From Candidatus Zixiibacteriota bacterium (GTDB taxonomy: Bacteria > Zixibacteria > MSB-5A5 > GN15 > FEB-12), in contig JBGSIV010000243.1 in NCBI GenBank assembly GCA_041742355.1, forward strand, positions 1 to 16,057: 16,057 bases of DNA. Reading direction: 5' to 3'. Position 1 is the first letter of the stretch, and every line of letters begins with the position of its first letter. This document shows, in pieces, positions 13,581 to 16,057 of this stretch. The notes under the pieces were generated by a model. The model saw nothing but the letters and a program-made list of their open reading frames with translations. It made no database searches and was not told the DNA's origin. The translations under genes were made by a program, and so were the position numbers.

Positions 13581-15824
13581 TTACTTTTTACTGACGTTCT
13601 GGCGGCCGAGGACCGAGAGGAATTCGTTGAAGATGAATTCCTTTGGCTCCGTGTTGAATGGTCCCAGCTCAAAGGTAGTAGTCGCACCGCTGACCACCTG
13701 CCGCGAGAACGCGTTCTCGCCGCCGAGCGATACCCGGCAGATCACCGGCATGGTAAAGTCCGGAGTGGTTTTGGCCACCTGGACCTGGACCGGCACATAC
13801 CAGTTGCCGTCGCGCTGGGCAGTCGCCCAAGTGACGCTGAATTCCGGAATGTACGCGCTGTAGAGCCACGTCCGGAAGAACCAGTCGAGCGGCTGACCGT
13901 AGTGTTTCTCAGCGAGGCGGATGAAGTCGGCGTTGGAGAAGACCCGGTTGTTGATCGTCAGCCCGAGTTCACGCAGGAACTTGAGGTAGGTCGCTTCCGA
14001 CCCGGAGTCGTAGTCGTACATGAGGAAGCGGAGCATGTGGAGCAGCCAGATCCCCCGATTGGTCAGGATAGTCTGGTAGTAGTCGAGGGAGAAATTCTCC
14101 TTCTTGAAGGAGTTCACGCGGGTGCCGGCGGCCAGCGGGATGTCCTGGCCGACAGCGAGCCGCTCGTAGAGAGAGTCCCGGCGGGTCATGAGGTTGAGGA
14201 AGTAGGTCTCGCCGCCGCGGGCGGATTCGATGTACTGCAGGCCCATGTAGGCCGGGAGAGCGGCGGTCAGCCAGTCTTCGCGGGAGGAACGCAGCCGCAT
14301 GAGGGCGCCGAACCACTGGCGTGCGACCCCGTCGCCGGCCGGGATGTCAAGGCCGCCCACGACATCCCAGGCTGTGGTCGTGATGCAGGCCACCTGCGGG
14401 ACTTTGATCATGCCGGGGACGCTCTGGAATCCCTCGGGAATGACATACTCCGCAAACGTCTGGGGAGGCTGTCCGAAGCGTGAGGACATGAAGTTGAAAG
14501 CGCCGGTTACGGAGGGGCGATACTTGTCGTGGGGGATGAAGCAGCTCTGGTTGCGGGCGTCGCGATCGGCGATGATGTAGTTGAGCGTCAGCCCGATATC
14601 CGAGATCACTTCGACCGTGTCGCTGATCCCCGTGGCGTAGCAGTGAAAGTACAGGTTGTTCAGCGGAGCGGGGAATTCGCTCGTGAAAGTGGCCTTGCCG
14701 CCGTCGGCCTTCACCGTTTCGCTCTTGCCGGCGGTGAAGTAGGTGTAGCCGGAGGGGACATTGAAGGTCAAAGCCACCGGGCAGGCGGCCGGGTCGGACA
14801 GGTAGGGGAGGAAATGGTCGAAATTGGAACCGTGGTACCAGACGGTCAGGGTTACGGTGTCTCCCTTATGGTAGTACCGGGGAAGGACGATCCCGGTGTA
14901 GTCGAACGTTTTGCGCCGGAAGAGGCCGAGCCGGGTGTCGCCGACAAAAACCGAGTCGACATCGAGGTTGTACTTGAGGTAGAACCAGGTGTACTTGAGG
15001 CTGTCGGCGATGACGAGCATCTGGAGGTCGACCGTCGCCTGGTCGAGGCGCCGACCATCGGTGCCGGCGAGCGTGAGGCGACCCGACTTGTTCAAGGGGG
15101 TGGTCGGGTAGGGAAGCTGCGACAGCAGCGTATCCTCGGTGCATCCGGCTGACTGTCTCAGGAAGCTAGCGGCGACTGTGGCGACCTGGTCCCCGCCTTC
15201 ATGCTCGTAGCCGATCTGCACCTGTTCCGGCCAGTTCGGGTCGTAGGTAAACGTGTAGCGGTTGAAATCGGCCCAGAAGAACCCGTCCGGGCCGCGTTCC
15301 TCGATCGACATGAGGAGGCGGAAGTAGTTGTCGTAGTTGTGGAAAATGAGGGGCTTGAAGAACACTTCCCCCTGATTGGATTTGGCCAGCGCCCGCCAAT
15401 CGAAGGCCGCCGGCGCGAAGCCGAACTGCTCTTTGAGCCGGAGGTCGAAATCATCGGCCATTCGTATCGCCAACAACTCGAACGCCTGATCGACGGTGCT
15501 GTCCTTTGTGACGCCCCAGAGCCCCTGGCGTTCGGTGTGGACGGGGATGTCGACGGTGACGTGACCGGTGCCGACGAAAATCGCGGTCGTGGGGCGGTTA
15601 TGGACAAACCGCTGGAGGTACATGGTCCCCTTCTCGAAGGTGAAGGTGGCCGCGTCCTTGTGGTACACGAAGTTGGCGATTTCGGCTTTCTCGCCGGCGT
15701 TGTTGAGAAGTTCGACGTGCAGTTGGTCGTAGCTCTCTTCGAGCTCTTTGAAGGACTTGTCCTGGGCGCCCGCGGTGGCTGCAAACGCAACCAGGAGGCA
15801 GCCGATCAGTATCGCTGGCTTCAT
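13581..15824 (-). CDS. Secreted peptidase M1 (aminopeptidase N)-like protein, catalytically degenerate
   Basis: SD GAGG then MKPAILIGCLLVAFAATAGA-Q signal peptide; M1-like VARQWFG...WLTAALPAYMG, RGIWLLHMLR, DFIRLAEKHYGQPLDWFFRTWLYSAYIP. Confidence 0.82.
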   Translation of the reverse strand: MKPAILIGCLLVAFAATAGAQDKSFKELEESYDQLHVELLNNAGEKAEIANFVYHKDAATFTFEKGTMYLQRFVHNRPTTAIFVGTGHVTVDIPVHTERQGLWGVTKDSTVDQAFELLAIRMADDFDLRLKEQFGFAPAAFDWRALAKSNQGEVFFKPLIFHNYDNYFRLLMSIEERGPDGFFWADFNRYTFTYDPNWPEQVQIGYEHEGGDQVATVAASFLRQSAGCTEDTLLSQLPYPTTPLNKSGRLTLAGTDGRRLDQATVDLQMLVIADSLKYTWFYLKYNLDVDSVFVGDTRLGLFRRKTFDYTGIVLPRYYHKGDTVTLTVWYHGSNFDHFLPYLSDPAACPVALTFNVPSGYTYFTAGKSETVKADGGKATFTSEFPAPLNNLYFHCYATGISDTVEVISDIGLTLNYIIADRDARNQSCFIPHDKYRPSVTGAFNFMSSRFGQPPQTFAEYVIPEGFQSVPGMIKVPQVACITTTAWDVVGGLDIPAGDGVARQWFGALMRLRSSREDWLTAALPAYMGLQYIESARGGETYFLNLMTRRDSLYERLAVGQDIPLAAGTRVNSFKKENFSLDYYQTILTNRGIWLLHMLRFLMYDYDSGSEATYLKFLRELGLTINNRVFSNADFIRLAEKHYGQPLDWFFRTWLYSAYIPEFSVTWATAQRDGNWYVPVQVQVAKTTPDFTMPVICRVSLGGENAFSRQVVSGATTTFELGPFNTEPKEFIFNEFLSVLGRQNVSKK

Positions 15825-15888
15825 ATGGTTCCTCACCGTTTCACCATTGCCTTACAGTACCTTATAAACGTGAACGCCCCCCGCTCTG

Positions 15889-16056
15889 TCAATTAGTACC
15901 GGTAATTTTTCCGGTCAGGAGCAGGATGAGCGCCAGGAAAGCGCCATACTTCGCCTCGAACGAGGGTTCGGCGGGGATAAAGTGGTAGCTCGGGTGCTCC
16001 TGCCATACCCGCCTCGTGTGGGCCTCAATCAGGAGAACCTGCTCGATCCGTTCGAT
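15889..16056 (-). CDS. 3' end of a CDS running off the window, resembling an AAA_28 (NadR/Ttd14-like) ATPase C-terminus
   Basis: Open frame IERIEQVLLIEAHTRRVWQEHPSYHFIPAEPSFEAKYGAFLALILLLTGKITGTN*; W..HP....I.....FE.K pattern recalled from that family; only 55 aa visible. Confidence 0.5.
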   Translation of the reverse strand: MERIEQVLLIEAHTRRVWQEHPSYHFIPAEPSFEAKYGAFLALILLLTGKITGTN

Positions 16057-16057
16057 C

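Noticed and set aside
15861..15892. Minus-strand TTGACA...TATAAG promoter for the M1-like gene
   Set aside because: Perfect -35 in a plausible place, but the best -10 is 20 nt away; not supportable as a canonical promoter.
1..16057. CRISPR array, tRNA/rRNA, transposase or integrase
   Set aside because: No regularly spaced repeats, cloverleaf, rRNA signature or recombinase motif seen by eye.

Overview
GC-rich bacterial chromosome segment spanning the replication origin. Left to right: a minus-strand leader-like region with a Val-rich 12-codon ORF and competing hairpins (1-209); a xylose-isomerase-like TIM-barrel gene; a lower-GC HTH-ImmA/IrrE metallopeptidase + DUF4411 PIN gene pair; ileS (type 2, GIHH instead of HIGH), a TraR/DksA-like gene and lspA; dnaA-dnaN-recF with DnaA-box-rich intergenic regions, the dnaA-dnaN one containing a Bacillus-like box-box-trio unwinding element; an orphan MalK-like ABC ATPase coupled to recF; a Cys-rich putative Fe-S protein behind an FNR/Crp-like palindrome; a self-complementary ~190 nt non-coding stretch ending in a strong terminator; a secreted M1 aminopeptidase homologue lacking all catalytic residues; and the 3' end of a probable AAA_28 protein. 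The ileS-dksA-lspA order and GIHH motif suggest an FCB-group-related lineage (inference). No rRNA, tRNA, CRISPR array or transposase was recognised. All family calls are by-eye motif recognition, not database searches.
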